From a virus (taxonomy: Duplodnaviria; Heunggongvirae; Uroviricota; Caudoviricetes), in the IMG/VR virus record IMGVR_UViG_3300035208_003871: DNA of 61,733 nucleotides. One strand, given 5' to 3'. Shown piece by piece: positions 9,539 through 19,591 of this stretch. A program made the translations under genes and the position numbers. The first letter of the stretch is position 1; each line of letters starts with the position of its first letter. A model generated the notes under the pieces. The model was not told the origin of the DNA, did not search any database, and saw only the letters and a program-made list of their open reading frames with translations.

Positions 9539-10441
9539 ATGAAGTATAATCCAGAGATGGCAATTAACAGATACAAAACGTTGGATCAGATTCGTGTGGA
9601 TGCAAAAGGTCTTCATACAGCAGAGATGTTTCCTCTTCAGTTTCGTGACTGGAATCCTACAACTGGAGCGACTGAATCAAGATTCTGGTCAATTAAGAAC
9701 ATGAACACGAAACAGGAGATCTGTCCTGCAACGGGTGATTATAGTCTAATTCAGCATATTGATGCAGTAAACTGGGTACTTGATAGTATTCAGGAAGCTG
9801 GTATTGATGGGCATGGAGTGCTTCGAAATTGGGGAAATCAGTTTAAACTCGAAGTGTTTTTTGACAATTTTCAGTTTCGTGATCCTACCGGTGAAGAGTT
9901 TTTTATTGGATGTTCTCTTGCAAGCTCATACAGTAAACAAGTCGGTTTGTACATCAATCCCTATATTATTCGTGGTGTTTGCTCAAATGGTCAGATATTT
10001 AAAGGAGGTATTGGTAATGTTAATACTATCTATGCACGTCATGTGGGAAACGTCATTGAACGTGTTGGAGCATCATCTATTAAAGAGATGGTAAACAGCA
10101 TTGCCTCAGTTCAAGGCACGATTCTGACCATGATTGATAAAGCAAATAACGATGTTATAACTTTTCAGAAAGTGGAAGATGAGGTATTAACAATTAGTAA
10201 GTTTGTTGGTGGAACTCGACGCGCAAAGGCAATCATTGAAGAGTATAATATTCCATTAACTACAACTCGTCTCGAACTTTATAACATATTTAATGAATAT
10301 GGAACATGGACTGATAAACTCAGTTTTCAGGTTCAGGATGATATTCTCTCTAAATCAGAAGAACTTCTCAGGAAAGGATTAAAGATAGATATAGCTAACG
10401 ATGTGTCAGCAATTGCCGATGCTCTTCCATTAGCAATTTAA
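9539..10441 (+). CDS. DUF932-like phage/plasmid protein
   Basis: YSLIQH near the N-terminus and SSYS...IRGVCSNGQI match the R-x-x-C-x-N-G signature as I recall it. Confidence 0.6.
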   Translation: MKYNPEMAINRYKTLDQIRVDAKGLHTAEMFPLQFRDWNPTTGATESRFWSIKNMNTKQEICPATGDYSLIQHIDAVNWVLDSIQEAGIDGHGVLRNWGNQFKLEVFFDNFQFRDPTGEEFFIGCSLASSYSKQVGLYINPYIIRGVCSNGQIFKGGIGNVNTIYARHVGNVIERVGASSIKEMVNSIASVQGTILTMIDKANNDVITFQKVEDEVLTISKFVGGTRRAKAIIEEYNIPLTTTRLELYNIFNEYGTWTDKLSFQVQDDILSKSEELLRKGLKIDIANDVSAIADALPLAI

Positions 10442-10503
10442 ATTTAATCTTTTCTCGGAAATTACTTAACTTTCTTTATCATTATTCTATTGGTAACAAT
10501 TGT

Positions 10504-10809
10504 ATGAGCGATACATCTACTGAAACTAAAGTTCGTAAGTGTGGATATTGTAGAAAAATACTAGATGATGGCAATCCTAATAATTATTGTGATGAAAATC
10601 ACGAAATGCTAAGGAGGAATAGTAACAAAACATATTATAAGAATCATAAAAGTGATTGCGTGAAACGTAATAAACAATGGAAAAAAGATCATCCTGATGA
10701 AGTAAGTACTTATAATCATGATTATTATGTGAAACATAATTTAAAAGAGAAAGAAAAGGATCGTCTTCCTTATAAAAGAAAATGGCGTAAGAATCATGAT
10801 AAAACATGA
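10504..10809 (+). CDS. Basic protein with CxxC and K/Y/N-rich helical repeats
   Basis: CGYC...YC, YYKNHK and YYVKHN repeats like those of HNH N-termini, but no HNH core. Confidence 0.55.
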   Translation: MSDTSTETKVRKCGYCRKILDDGNPNNYCDENHEMLRRNSNKTYYKNHKSDCVKRNKQWKKDHPDEVSTYNHDYYVKHNLKEKEKDRLPYKRKWRKNHDKT

Positions 10810-10911
10810 AATACATGATAAAACATAACGAAATAGAACTCTGATACTAGTAACCAATAGTCTTTTTTGCTTTCTCATCCAATATAATGTATAATCATTT
10901 AGGTTTACATT

Positions 10912-11103
10912 ATGCCTGACAATCAAATTACACAACATAGTGATATTGAAGACGCTTATTCACCTCTTGATGTTGCAATGATGTATCTTACGCACACTTA
11001 TGGTATAGAAACTATAGTTACTTGGCTTCATGATAATTGTTATGAAGATACATTAAACATGATGAACTTGTTAAATATGTGCGGGGAACATGAAGATTGT
11101 TAA
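10912..11103 (+). CDS. Hypothetical protein
   Basis: Short ORF overlapping the next gene. Confidence 0.5.
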   Translation: MPDNQITQHSDIEDAYSPLDVAMMYLTHTYGIETIVTWLHDNCYEDTLNMMNLLNMCGEHEDC

Positions 11104-11278
11104 ATGGATTCTGGATTTATTTAAACCTTCTTACAAGGTAAGGTGTATTGATTGTGGAAGAATTATCGATGTGAATAAAGAATCTCATTACTGGTGGAAC
11201 GAAAAATCTCCCGGTAGAACCGATGATGAACGAACTTTTGTACAATGTGTTGATTGTGCTATAGATGAGGATAACTAA
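11090..11278 (+). CDS. Small Zn-ribbon protein
   Basis: CIDC...CVDC. Confidence 0.6.
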   Translation: MKIVKWILDLFKPSYKVRCIDCGRIIDVNKESHYWWNEKSPGRTDDERTFVQCVDCAIDEDN

Positions 11279-11296
11279 TAATTAAAGGTTAATTTT

Positions 11297-11509
11297 ATGG
11301 ATATCGATAGGCAAGCAATTGTAGATAAATGTATAGATCTTCCAAATGATCTCGATGGATTAGAGGTAATTTTGAATAATTTAGCAACATTTGCATACAA
11401 AAAAGAACCCATAAATCAAGATGATCTTAATGTAATGTTCTTTTTAATTGGCACCGCATCTGGTAAATTGTGGAATATTAAAGAAAAAGAAAATAAACAA
11501 AAATTATGA
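11297..11509 (+). CDS. Hypothetical protein
   Basis: Stop overlaps next start (ATGA). Confidence 0.55.
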   Translation: MDIDRQAIVDKCIDLPNDLDGLEVILNNLATFAYKKEPINQDDLNVMFFLIGTASGKLWNIKEKENKQKL

Positions 11510-11973
11510 CTAAAGAAGAAGTTGATAGTTACCTTGATAAATTAAAATTTAACGTAGTTACAGGGAAAAATTCTGATCCAGTAAAGGAATTAACAGTTGA
11601 TGAAATAAATGCTTCTGAAGTAGAAGGTGAACGAGTAGATCCATTTATATTGGGTCAGGAAGTTGGAAAGACAATATTATCTGATTTACATGCCGCGCCA
11701 GTTACCCCGGAAGTTACCCCGGAAGTTACCCCGGAAGTTACTATAGTTACCGGGTTTGCAACATTTGATCCCAATTCAAGAGGCAATAATCAAAATGGAA
11801 CTTTTATCGGATCTGAATTTCTGAAAAGTATTGGGTATGATGAAGATGATATAGCGCCGGGTGAATCATTGACCGATTATGCTATACGTATTAAGAAAAA
11901 ACTTGAAGCAGAACGAATGAGAAATCATATGCATGATAATTGTTCTTTTGCAACAGCATCAACGTGGTTCTGA
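11506..11973 (+). CDS. Hypothetical protein with VTPE x3 repeat
   Basis: GTTACCCCGGAA tandem repeat in frame. Confidence 0.65.
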   Translation: MTKEEVDSYLDKLKFNVVTGKNSDPVKELTVDEINASEVEGERVDPFILGQEVGKTILSDLHAAPVTPEVTPEVTPEVTIVTGFATFDPNSRGNNQNGTFIGSEFLKSIGYDEDDIAPGESLTDYAIRIKKKLEAERMRNHMHDNCSFATASTWF

Positions 11974-12251
11974 TAAAAATGGATAAACAGGATGAAAGTG
12001 GTGAAATTGATAGGAAAGCAAAAGAGTTATCGAATGCGTTGTCAAATTACAACAAACCTGTTATAACGCATATACCAATTGATAAATCAGTTGATAAATC
12101 AGAAGCAACGAATCAATCATGGTGTACAAGTTGCGATAATTGTAAATATTCACAGACACGTACAAAAGATTATTGTTATTGTAGGATATTGGGTGGGTTG
12201 ATTAGACGAAACAATAATTTCTGTATAAATCACAGTAGTTATAAAAAGTAA
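11940..12251 (+). CDS. Hypothetical protein with C-terminal Cys cluster
   Basis: CTSCDNC...CYC...FC; true start probably the ATG at 11979. Confidence 0.55.
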   Translation: MFFCNSINVVLIKMDKQDESGEIDRKAKELSNALSNYNKPVITHIPIDKSVDKSEATNQSWCTSCDNCKYSQTRTKDYCYCRILGGLIRRNNNFCINHSSYKK

Positions 12252-12269
12252 GGTAAATTGGAGTAAAAA

Positions 12270-12536
12270 ATGTCAGACTGTAATGGATCAGATGGTTGTA
12301 ATTGTAATGAGGGTTGTGAAGGAAACTGCACCTGTAATGAGGATAAGGAATGGAGCAAAATCTTCTGGGATACTGAATTTGAGGGTGATTGTAGAGAAGG
12401 AATGTATTTTAGATCTATGAAACTCGGTCAGTTTATTAAAGAAACTGAAGAAAAAGGACTCAAAATTGTTGGAATAAAATTCGATGAATCTAATAATTGC
12501 GATTTAATCTTTGTACCTCCTAAGGAAGAAGAATGA
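12270..12536 (+). CDS. Hypothetical protein with Cys-rich N-terminus
   Basis: CNGSDGCNCNEGCEGNCTC; GGAG leader. Confidence 0.6.
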   Translation: MSDCNGSDGCNCNEGCEGNCTCNEDKEWSKIFWDTEFEGDCREGMYFRSMKLGQFIKETEEKGLKIVGIKFDESNNCDLIFVPPKEEE

Positions 12537-12626
12537 TTGAGGTATTGCTTGCTGGATGTATATCTGTAGTAATTATTCCGATAATTTATGCAGTTTCGTG
12601 GAGATTATGGTATAGCGCATTAGGTT

Positions 12627-12905
12627 TTGAAGATGGCAAAAAGAATTAGTGTATTTTATCATTTAATTGTTCATAAGGAAGGAAAAATGTATTATCATAC
12701 TCGTTCTAACAGTATATTTTCAGATGATATTACAAAGGCAAAAGTGTATACTGCCACTGGTCACATGAAAAATGCCATAATCAAGAATTATGCTAACAAC
12801 AAGATATGGAGAACCAATCTTGGTGATTTACCAGTAACTGATTTTAAGGGTCTTATTATTGCATATGCAATCCCAGATCCTGATGATCTTGTAGAATTGT
12901 ACTAA
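12627..12905 (+). CDS. Hypothetical protein
   Basis: 92 aa ORF. Confidence 0.55.
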   Translation: MKMAKRISVFYHLIVHKEGKMYYHTRSNSIFSDDITKAKVYTATGHMKNAIIKNYANNKIWRTNLGDLPVTDFKGLIIAYAIPDPDDLVELY

Positions 12906-12918
12906 AAATATTAAAAAT

Positions 12919-13194
12919 AACCCTTAGGTTACAGGAAAATTTTATGTGAAAATTTATAGGAAAAATTATAGGAAAAATTATGGATGGAAATAAAATTACA
13001 CGGGTAGAAATTGTTTGTAACGATGGTTCAATTATAACGTATGATAAATCTGAGTTTTGTGGTGTAGGGTTTCATGAAGGATGTTTAGTAATTCAGAAAC
13101 ATGATTTTGCTCATCACTTTAAACCCCTTACCAGTATCAGGGATATATTTATGATAATGCCAGATGAATAAATTATAAACCCTTAGGTTACAGG
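12919..13194 (+). repeat. 17 bp direct repeat AACCCTTAGGTTACAGG flanking one small ORF
   Basis: Identical copies at 12919-12935 and 13178-13194. Confidence 0.8.
12980..13171 (+). CDS. Hypothetical protein
   Basis: 63 aa ORF between the direct repeats. Confidence 0.6.
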   Translation: MDGNKITRVEIVCNDGSIITYDKSEFCGVGFHEGCLVIQKHDFAHHFKPLTSIRDIFMIMPDE

Positions 13195-13274
13195 GCAAAT
13201 TTTTTATTAATTTAAATCTTTTTTCATTAACAATTATCTTTATATTCTTTTAGGACGAAGTATATATTGAAACT

Positions 13275-13877
13275 ATGAGAAGACTGCATTACTTAATTGC
13301 TGCAATTTTATTAGTTGTAGTATTTGTATCGATCACTGGTTGTATTGATACTGTTCCGGGAGAGCGTGCTCAAATGCTAAATACTCAGCCAACCGAAACG
13401 ATTAGTCATTCAGTAGAGCGCGACATTTTTATGGGATATCTCAAAGAATGTTCAGATCCAAATAATATCCAGTGGATTTATTGTATGGATTATAATGGTA
13501 ATGTATTGTTTAAATCTCCAGTTAAAGGTAAGACAATTTCAGCAACGAAATCGAGTGAACCATATGAGCGAATTGCTGATGGTTCCAGTGCCGATTATGG
13601 AGAAATAATTGCAGCTAAACAATTTGCAGGTTATATTCCCGGAACTATTCAATTAATGAATCCGAGCGGAATGTTTGGACACGATACGGTTGGAGTAATT
13701 TGGCAGGATCCTCAGGGAAATTACTATGAGTATCACAGTGGTCCATACTTCATATCAAGTGTTCCGTTAAACATTGATGCTCCTACGTATACAACATCAA
13801 TTGATCAGGATGTATATGCGAAGGAAAAGAAGGTTGAATCTGGACAGGCTAATGCATCTGTTATTGATGTATCATGA
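13275..13877 (+). CDS. Putative lipoprotein
   Basis: Basic N-terminus, hydrophobic core, ITGC lipobox-like motif. Confidence 0.7.
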   Translation: MRRLHYLIAAILLVVVFVSITGCIDTVPGERAQMLNTQPTETISHSVERDIFMGYLKECSDPNNIQWIYCMDYNGNVLFKSPVKGKTISATKSSEPYERIADGSSADYGEIIAAKQFAGYIPGTIQLMNPSGMFGHDTVGVIWQDPQGNYYEYHSGPYFISSVPLNIDAPTYTTSIDQDVYAKEKKVESGQANASVIDVS

Positions 13878-14338
13878 AACAAATCCTATTTTTAGCGCTG
13901 ATAGGATTAGTAATCGTATCAACTGGATTGTGTGGATGTCTCGGTTATTTCGAAGGTTATGATAAAAAAGCACAGGAATTTACCAGTGCAAATTATGCCA
14001 TTGATCATTACAAATTTTTTATTGATAAGTATAATACCATTCGTCAGATTGGAGCACAGTTGAGAAATGTTGATGTTAGAATCAAGAAATTTGAAGATAT
14101 GCATCCAAATCCCTCAACATGGACACGAACTGAGAATAACAATTATGCTGATATAGAATTTGTAAAATCAGGGTATGAAGCACAGTACAATTTGTTTGTT
14201 GGTGAATATAACAGTCGGATGCGAGATTTAACCACGAATCAAGTGTGGATGAAACCTCAGAACTTCCCACAGGAACTATCGTTGTACAGCCCCGATAACG
14301 TAATTACCATGGAAAATCCCGAACTTTCATATAGGTAA
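13874..14338 (+). CDS. Putative membrane-anchored helical protein/lipoprotein
   Basis: Signal-like N-terminus ending LCGC; overlaps the upstream gene. Confidence 0.65.
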   Translation: MKQILFLALIGLVIVSTGLCGCLGYFEGYDKKAQEFTSANYAIDHYKFFIDKYNTIRQIGAQLRNVDVRIKKFEDMHPNPSTWTRTENNNYADIEFVKSGYEAQYNLFVGEYNSRMRDLTTNQVWMKPQNFPQELSLYSPDNVITMENPELSYR

Positions 14339-14774
14339 TTGGTTATAAATTGGTTATAAATTGGTTATATTATGGATTTTATACCTTCTTTTTTAATTGG
14401 GTTAGTTAGTGGATTAATCATTGTTCCATTATATGCAAAATATGTTGGAAATAATAGTAATATAGATTACATTATAGGATTGGTTATTGCAATTATTGTA
14501 ACTGAAATTATTGTTTATTACTATTAGCATAACGCAAAGTATATTAAAATGTAGAGACAACATTGTTTGCTCGCGGAAATGAAAAACTTGCTGAATTGGA
14601 TTCCGCGATCCTACTCTCGCATCAACACAGTAATGTTCTACAATAACACATTGAAGGTTTCAATGAGTTTTGTAGAGCATTTATTCTTTTAAAATCTTTT
14701 AAATTATTTACTTTTAATTGATTTTAGGCTATTCGGTTTTTGTTTATATAAGGTTTGCGAAATATTATTATATA

Positions 14775-15293
14775 ATGTCATTACAGGAACTTCGTAATTT
14801 AACTGATGTGCTTCTCGCTAAAGATGAAGAGATCATTCGCATTAAACGAGAATGGGAAGCAACATTTGATAGTGTTCCTGATCTTATTATTATTTTTAAT
14901 AATGATTTGATAATAACAAATGTAAATAAATCGTTTTGTAATGACGTTGGAATTAAGAAGGAAGAGATAATTGGTAAACATTATCAGGATCTTTTTTATA
15001 ACGAATGTTCTGATACTAATGATAATTGTTTTAGATATATAAGTAATTTAACCGGGTGGTATCAAATTGCAGTTAGTAAATTATATGATCATGATAATAA
15101 TGTCATAGGATCTGTTCATATTTTACATGATATTACAAAGCTAAAAGAAGCTGAACTTGAGTTAATAAAAAAGAATGAAGAAATGGAAGAGATGTCAAGG
15201 GATCTTGCTGATAGAATACGTCGAATAGAAAAGTTTCTATGTGAGTTCCGCGCCAAATACGAAAATACAATAAAATATATGGTGGAAGAATGA
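14775..15293 (+). CDS. Stand-alone PAS-domain protein with flanking coiled coils
   Basis: EWEATFDSVPDLIIIFNNDLIITNVNKSF...EEIIGK...IGSVHILHDIT PAS/PAC pattern; ATG 14775 follows a TTTATATAA box; no kinase domain. Confidence 0.8.
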   Translation: MSLQELRNLTDVLLAKDEEIIRIKREWEATFDSVPDLIIIFNNDLIITNVNKSFCNDVGIKKEEIIGKHYQDLFYNECSDTNDNCFRYISNLTGWYQIAVSKLYDHDNNVIGSVHILHDITKLKEAELELIKKNEEMEEMSRDLADRIRRIEKFLCEFRAKYENTIKYMVEE

Positions 15294-15586
15294 CAGTTAC
15301 TAAAGAATCGAATGGAACATCGATTGCGAATCAGTCATGGCGCGATTGGGCACAGATGTGTTTACGAGAACTCGATACAATAGAAAAAAAAATTGACTCT
15401 ATAGAAACTAAGGTTGACTCATTATCGGATACAGTTAATGATATTGTGAAAGAACGAATGCTCGAAGATCATAGACACGATTTAGCTATCCAGAGCTTAG
15501 AGATACGAGTAGGAATGATTGCTGCAGGAGCTGGTATCGCCGTTCCTCTATTGATAGAACTTGTAAAATGGATTATAACAAAGTGA
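15290..15586 (+). CDS. Coiled-coil protein with C-terminal TM helix (holin/XhlA-like architecture)
   Basis: Heptad region followed by IAAGAGIAVPLLIELVKWIITK. Confidence 0.5.
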   Translation: MTVTKESNGTSIANQSWRDWAQMCLRELDTIEKKIDSIETKVDSLSDTVNDIVKERMLEDHRHDLAIQSLEIRVGMIAAGAGIAVPLLIELVKWIITK

Positions 15587-15816
15587 TAATACAGTAACAA
15601 TAAAATAACAAAACTAGTGATAAACAATGGATGATATTAAATTAACAAGAGCCGATTTAATAAAAATTATATTAATTGGTATAATTGGTGGAGTGGTTGG
15701 ATCATTTATTTCTTTATTAATTCGCTATTTAATTAATCTATCGGGAATAATGCCGGGATTTTAAAAGTTCAATATAATACATAAACTTTAATTGTTTTGG
15801 ATACAGACTATTAAGC

Positions 15817-16251
15817 ATGGGTTATAATAAACATGTTCAATGTACAACATGTAATCATCCTCGATCAGAAGAAATAAACAAGGATCTATATGAAAGAAAA
15901 CTAAAGTTAGTTGAAATATGTGAAAAATATGGCAACTATGTTAGTACATGTGCTCTTTCTACTCATCGCTCAAATCACATGAAAAATTATGTTCCTAAAC
16001 AATCTGTTCCTCGGTTAAATGATCAGATAACTCTTGGTGTATTTGGAGATGAACCTATAAAGCAGCGATGTGGCGCGAAAGTAAATGATTGTGTGACTCA
16101 TGTTTCCCGTCCATTACTTAATACACCAAATCCACCCAATATACCTATTTGTGCATCTTCTGAAAAGAAGTCAATCGATGATCTTATAATAGAGACGAAA
16201 GTTAAACAAATAGTATTAATAACTTTAAAAGAACTTGGTATATGTCAGTGA
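15817..16251 (+). CDS. Zn/HTH DNA-binding protein
   Basis: CTTCNHP...ALSTHRSNHM. Confidence 0.55.
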   Translation: MGYNKHVQCTTCNHPRSEEINKDLYERKLKLVEICEKYGNYVSTCALSTHRSNHMKNYVPKQSVPRLNDQITLGVFGDEPIKQRCGAKVNDCVTHVSRPLLNTPNPPNIPICASSEKKSIDDLIIETKVKQIVLITLKELGICQ

Positions 16252-16516
16252 GATTAATATGTCAATATTTAAAAAAATAACAGATTATATAAATCATTTC
16301 TTATTTAAAGATAAGAAAGTTCTTACAATCAGAGTTTACGACAAAACGATATCCATTATGTATTATGATGGTAAAGAAACCAAAGATAATAGAATCATTT
16401 GTAAAAATGTAGGATATAACATAGAAACAAAACAAGATCCTGATAATGAAGATTATCTCATTCACATTGAAATGTATGGAGTCACATCGTCTGAATTACA
16501 GAGGGGTGAATATTGA
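16235..16516 (+). CDS. Hypothetical protein
   Basis: Stop overlaps the methylase start. Confidence 0.55.
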   Translation: MVYVSEINMSIFKKITDYINHFLFKDKKVLTIRVYDKTISIMYYDGKETKDNRIICKNVGYNIETKQDPDNEDYLIHIEMYGVTSSELQRGEY

Positions 16517-17583
16517 ATCTTAATACCATATATTGCGGAGATGCGCTATCCGTCTTAAAAACATTTCCCGATAATAGTATAGATTGTGTAGTTACCTCGC
16601 CTCCATATTATAATTTAAGATCGTATTTACCTGAAGATCATTCTGATAAAGAAAAAGAGATTGGTTTCGGTGGTTCTCCTGAAGAATATGTTGAATCACT
16701 TGTCACTATATTTCAGGAAGTAAAGAGAGTTCTATTACCAATGGGAACTTGTTACTTAAATATTGGAGATTCGTATGCATCGAACGGGATTTACATCGGA
16801 AAGTACAAGGATACTCATCCAGATCACAAAGATCTTCACATGGATCATTCTGAACGATATCCTCAGAAAGTTAAGGGATTTCGCGGAGGAAAGTACAATA
16901 TTAAAAAGAAAGATCTCATGCTTATACCTCATCGAGTAGCAATTGCGTTATGTGATAATGGATGGTATATTCGTTCAGATATAATATATTCGAAAAAAAA
17001 TTCGATGCCATCCAGTGTTAAAGATCGCCCGGTTTCATCAAAAGAGTATGTATTTCTATTAACTAAAACTCCTAATTATTATTGGGATTGGGAATCGATA
17101 TCAACAGAACCGGCAGATTCTACACAGGCGGATAAAAGACCAAAGGGAGTGTTAAGGCAGCGTCAAAATGAAAATTCTAAATATCATGAAAACTGTGATC
17201 CCACTATCGCTGCGCAATTTCGTAAGCAAGATAACGTGGGTAGATCTGATTATACTGGTTTTAATGATCGGTATACCCCTGTTGATAAAGTACGAAGACG
17301 AGATGTTTGGGCACTGACTGTTCCGGGAAGTAAAATAAAACACTTTGCAATGTTTAATCCTCAATTAGTTGATTTATGTATCAGATCTGGTTGCCCGGAA
17401 AATGGTATCGTGTTAGACCCGTTTATGGGAGCTGGAAGTGTTGCATTAGTCTCCAGATCATTAAATCGCAATTACATTGGTATAGAATTGAATCCGGAGT
17501 ATGTGAAAACTGCTGAAGATTATCTTGACAATTGGAGATATGATGTCGATTCTAAAAAAGTTGTTTCATCAAAAAACAAGTAA
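16513..17583 (+). CDS. Orphan N4-cytosine/N6-adenine DNA methyltransferase (beta class)
   Basis: CGDAL, DCVVTSPPY, HFAMF, VLDPFMGAGS, YIGIELNPEY. Confidence 0.92.
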   Translation: MNLNTIYCGDALSVLKTFPDNSIDCVVTSPPYYNLRSYLPEDHSDKEKEIGFGGSPEEYVESLVTIFQEVKRVLLPMGTCYLNIGDSYASNGIYIGKYKDTHPDHKDLHMDHSERYPQKVKGFRGGKYNIKKKDLMLIPHRVAIALCDNGWYIRSDIIYSKKNSMPSSVKDRPVSSKEYVFLLTKTPNYYWDWESISTEPADSTQADKRPKGVLRQRQNENSKYHENCDPTIAAQFRKQDNVGRSDYTGFNDRYTPVDKVRRRDVWALTVPGSKIKHFAMFNPQLVDLCIRSGCPENGIVLDPFMGAGSVALVSRSLNRNYIGIELNPEYVKTAEDYLDNWRYDVDSKKVVSSKNK

Positions 17584-17927
17584 CATAGGTAATAATATGA
17601 AGTATAAAATAACATATGAAGTAATTAGGGAAGTTGATTCTGAAGATCTTTTCCCAAAAGAAATATTAGGTAAAAATTTACTCGAATCTAAAAAGTCAGG
17701 AACCATTCCAAACTGGTTAGTTACCGGCGAAAGTTTGATAAGTATAAAAGTTAAATCTGCAAAGGTTATAAAATAAATGTTGATGAAGTGTGATAAATGC
17801 AATAAAAACATTGAAGTGTTCGATGATGCATATTTCCTGTATAAACGTGCAATAGACCATGAACCGATGTATGGTGGATCGTGGTTACGTGTACATCCAT
17901 TAACTTGTTTTTGTGGAGGAATCTTAC

Positions 17928-18626
17928 ATGACATTTCAGAACATTGAAGTTGTAGCAAAGATTTCACCTTATTTTCCATCCCGGTATGAAGTCCTTCAAA
18001 TTTCTGAAGTTGGTTCATTTATGTGGCAAATGCAGAACTTCACCCCCGATCACGGAACTTCTGATCATGATCTGGTAGTAATTTATCGGGCATCAACCAA
18101 GGACATTCTCAAAGGTCGCACTATTAATCCGACGCTCCCTTGCAAGCATCACATAATGATAGACAATCAAGAATATGATTTTAGTTACCTTGAGATTGGA
18201 CACTTTTGTCATCAGTTGAAAAAAGGCAATGTTAACATGATCTGGGCACTTTTATCACCAATTATAATATATAGGAAACCAGCAGTAACAGTATTGCGTG
18301 ATATTATTCAACAGATTCATACATCTGATATAGTTGCATCTGGTGTTGGTATGACGATTTCCCAATTAAAAGATGCAACAAAACGAGCAGATGTCCGATC
18401 TCCTGAAAAATCATTAAAAACTGCTTATAGAACTTCTCAATTTGTATTTAATCATCTTAATACCAGCAAGTGGCAATTTGATCCGGTTACATGGACCGTT
18501 ACAGAAGCCGATGTGATGGATCTCATTGATAATATTAAAACACTTGAATTAAATGGAAATTACGAACCAATGCCTATTGATTCAATTGAGCAGTGGATTT
18601 ACCAACTTCGCGTAGTTGATATTTAA
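17928..18626 (+). CDS. Pol-beta-superfamily nucleotidyltransferase (RlaP/NrdC.11-like)
   Basis: GSFMW...SDHDL (GS...DxD) and LKKGNVN...ALLSP motifs; lies at the edge of the tRNA region. Confidence 0.7.
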   Translation: MTFQNIEVVAKISPYFPSRYEVLQISEVGSFMWQMQNFTPDHGTSDHDLVVIYRASTKDILKGRTINPTLPCKHHIMIDNQEYDFSYLEIGHFCHQLKKGNVNMIWALLSPIIIYRKPAVTVLRDIIQQIHTSDIVASGVGMTISQLKDATKRADVRSPEKSLKTAYRTSQFVFNHLNTSKWQFDPVTWTVTEADVMDLIDNIKTLELNGNYEPMPIDSIEQWIYQLRVVDI

Positions 18627-18692
18627 TAAACATAACATTTTTTGATTGAAATTAAACAGTAACATTTAACAAGTGGTTGATTTTATCTATTT

Positions 18693-19160
18693 GTGATGAT
18701 CGACATACCCACTGATGTAGATGATAATAATACTAAAGAAATAGAAGCATATTTTAATCTATTTAAAGAAATATTACCAATGGGGAACTGGCGGGTAATA
18801 TTAGAATTGGTAAACTCTCATGATTTATCGCATTATATTAAGTCTCCAGATGCTTATGGTGCATGTAATAAAAATAGAAATACAATGTATGCAACCATTT
18901 ACATTAATGAAGATAAACCACGAGTAGATGAGTATGGAGAGACATGGGAATTCACTTTACTTCATGAAATGCTTCACTTAGTAATTGATGATTTTATGGA
19001 ATATATAGAGATGAAGAGTCCCGAAATACAAGAAGACACTTTCTTTCAGATCAAAAAGGAAAGACTGATCAATTTACTTTCGTATTCATTTTTTGCTGCG
19101 CTAACCACTAACATCAACGAACAAGAAGTTGATTCTTTAGCCGAAGTTAATAGATTTTAA
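18693..19160 (+). CDS. HExxH metallopeptidase-like protein
   Basis: LLHEMLHLV. Confidence 0.65.
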   Translation: MMIDIPTDVDDNNTKEIEAYFNLFKEILPMGNWRVILELVNSHDLSHYIKSPDAYGACNKNRNTMYATIYINEDKPRVDEYGETWEFTLLHEMLHLVIDDFMEYIEMKSPEIQEDTFFQIKKERLINLLSYSFFAALTTNINEQEVDSLAEVNRF

Positions 19161-19236
19161 TGTATGACATCGGCTTAACACCAAAACTTTTTTATACTAT
19201 TTTAGCGCACCTTATAGTGTAACAACACGATACAAT

Positions 19237-19316
19237 GAGTGTATAGTCAATTGGAAACGACAATTGGTTTAGAGCCAATGATTAGTTCTGTTCAGGTTCG
19301 ATTCCTGATACACTCA
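19237..19316 (+). tRNA. tRNA-Leu(TAG)
   Basis: GAGTGTA/TACACTC acceptor, ATTGG-TT TAG AG-CCAAT, TCAGG TTCGATT CCTGA. Confidence 0.85.
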
Positions 19317-19330
19317 TTTAATTGATGTTA

Positions 19331-19440
19331 ACAATAGGTTGGGTTGACAAGGGTTACTTCATAAATCCTGAAAATTTAAACGAGACTGACCTTTCTAAAC
19401 AATTGGTCTTTAACACCTGAGTCAAATGATCTCCTGTTGT
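19331..19440 (+). ncRNA. Y-RNA-like module U1 with Ser(UGA) anticodon-loop mimic
   Basis: ACAATAGG TTGGGTTGACAA GGG TTACTTC ... CCT GAGTC AAAT GATCT CCTGTTGT; internal TAAAT-CCTGAAA-ATTTA. Confidence 0.8.
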
Positions 19441-19502
19441 AAAATCAAGATCGGAAATTGCAAAGTATTGGCAGGGAGGAACTAGACTCCCAAAAATTCA
19501 AA

Positions 19503-19589
19503 GTGTCTATAGGAAAGTGGCTGAATCCGCTAGGCTAAGAACCTAGTACCGTTAGGGTAAACGCACCAGTTCGAATCTGGTTAGGCACA
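19503..19589 (+). tRNA. tRNA-Leu(AAG)
   Basis: GTGTCTA/TAGGCAC, CTAGG-CT AAG AA-CCTAG, long variable arm, TTCGAAT T-loop. Confidence 0.85.
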
Positions 19590-19591
19590 TC

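Noticed and set aside
14566-14578. TTGCTCGCG resembling a methanogen CRISPR repeat fragment (possible RNA anti-CRISPR)
   Set aside because: Only about 9 nt of recalled similarity, expected by chance; no repeat-length match.
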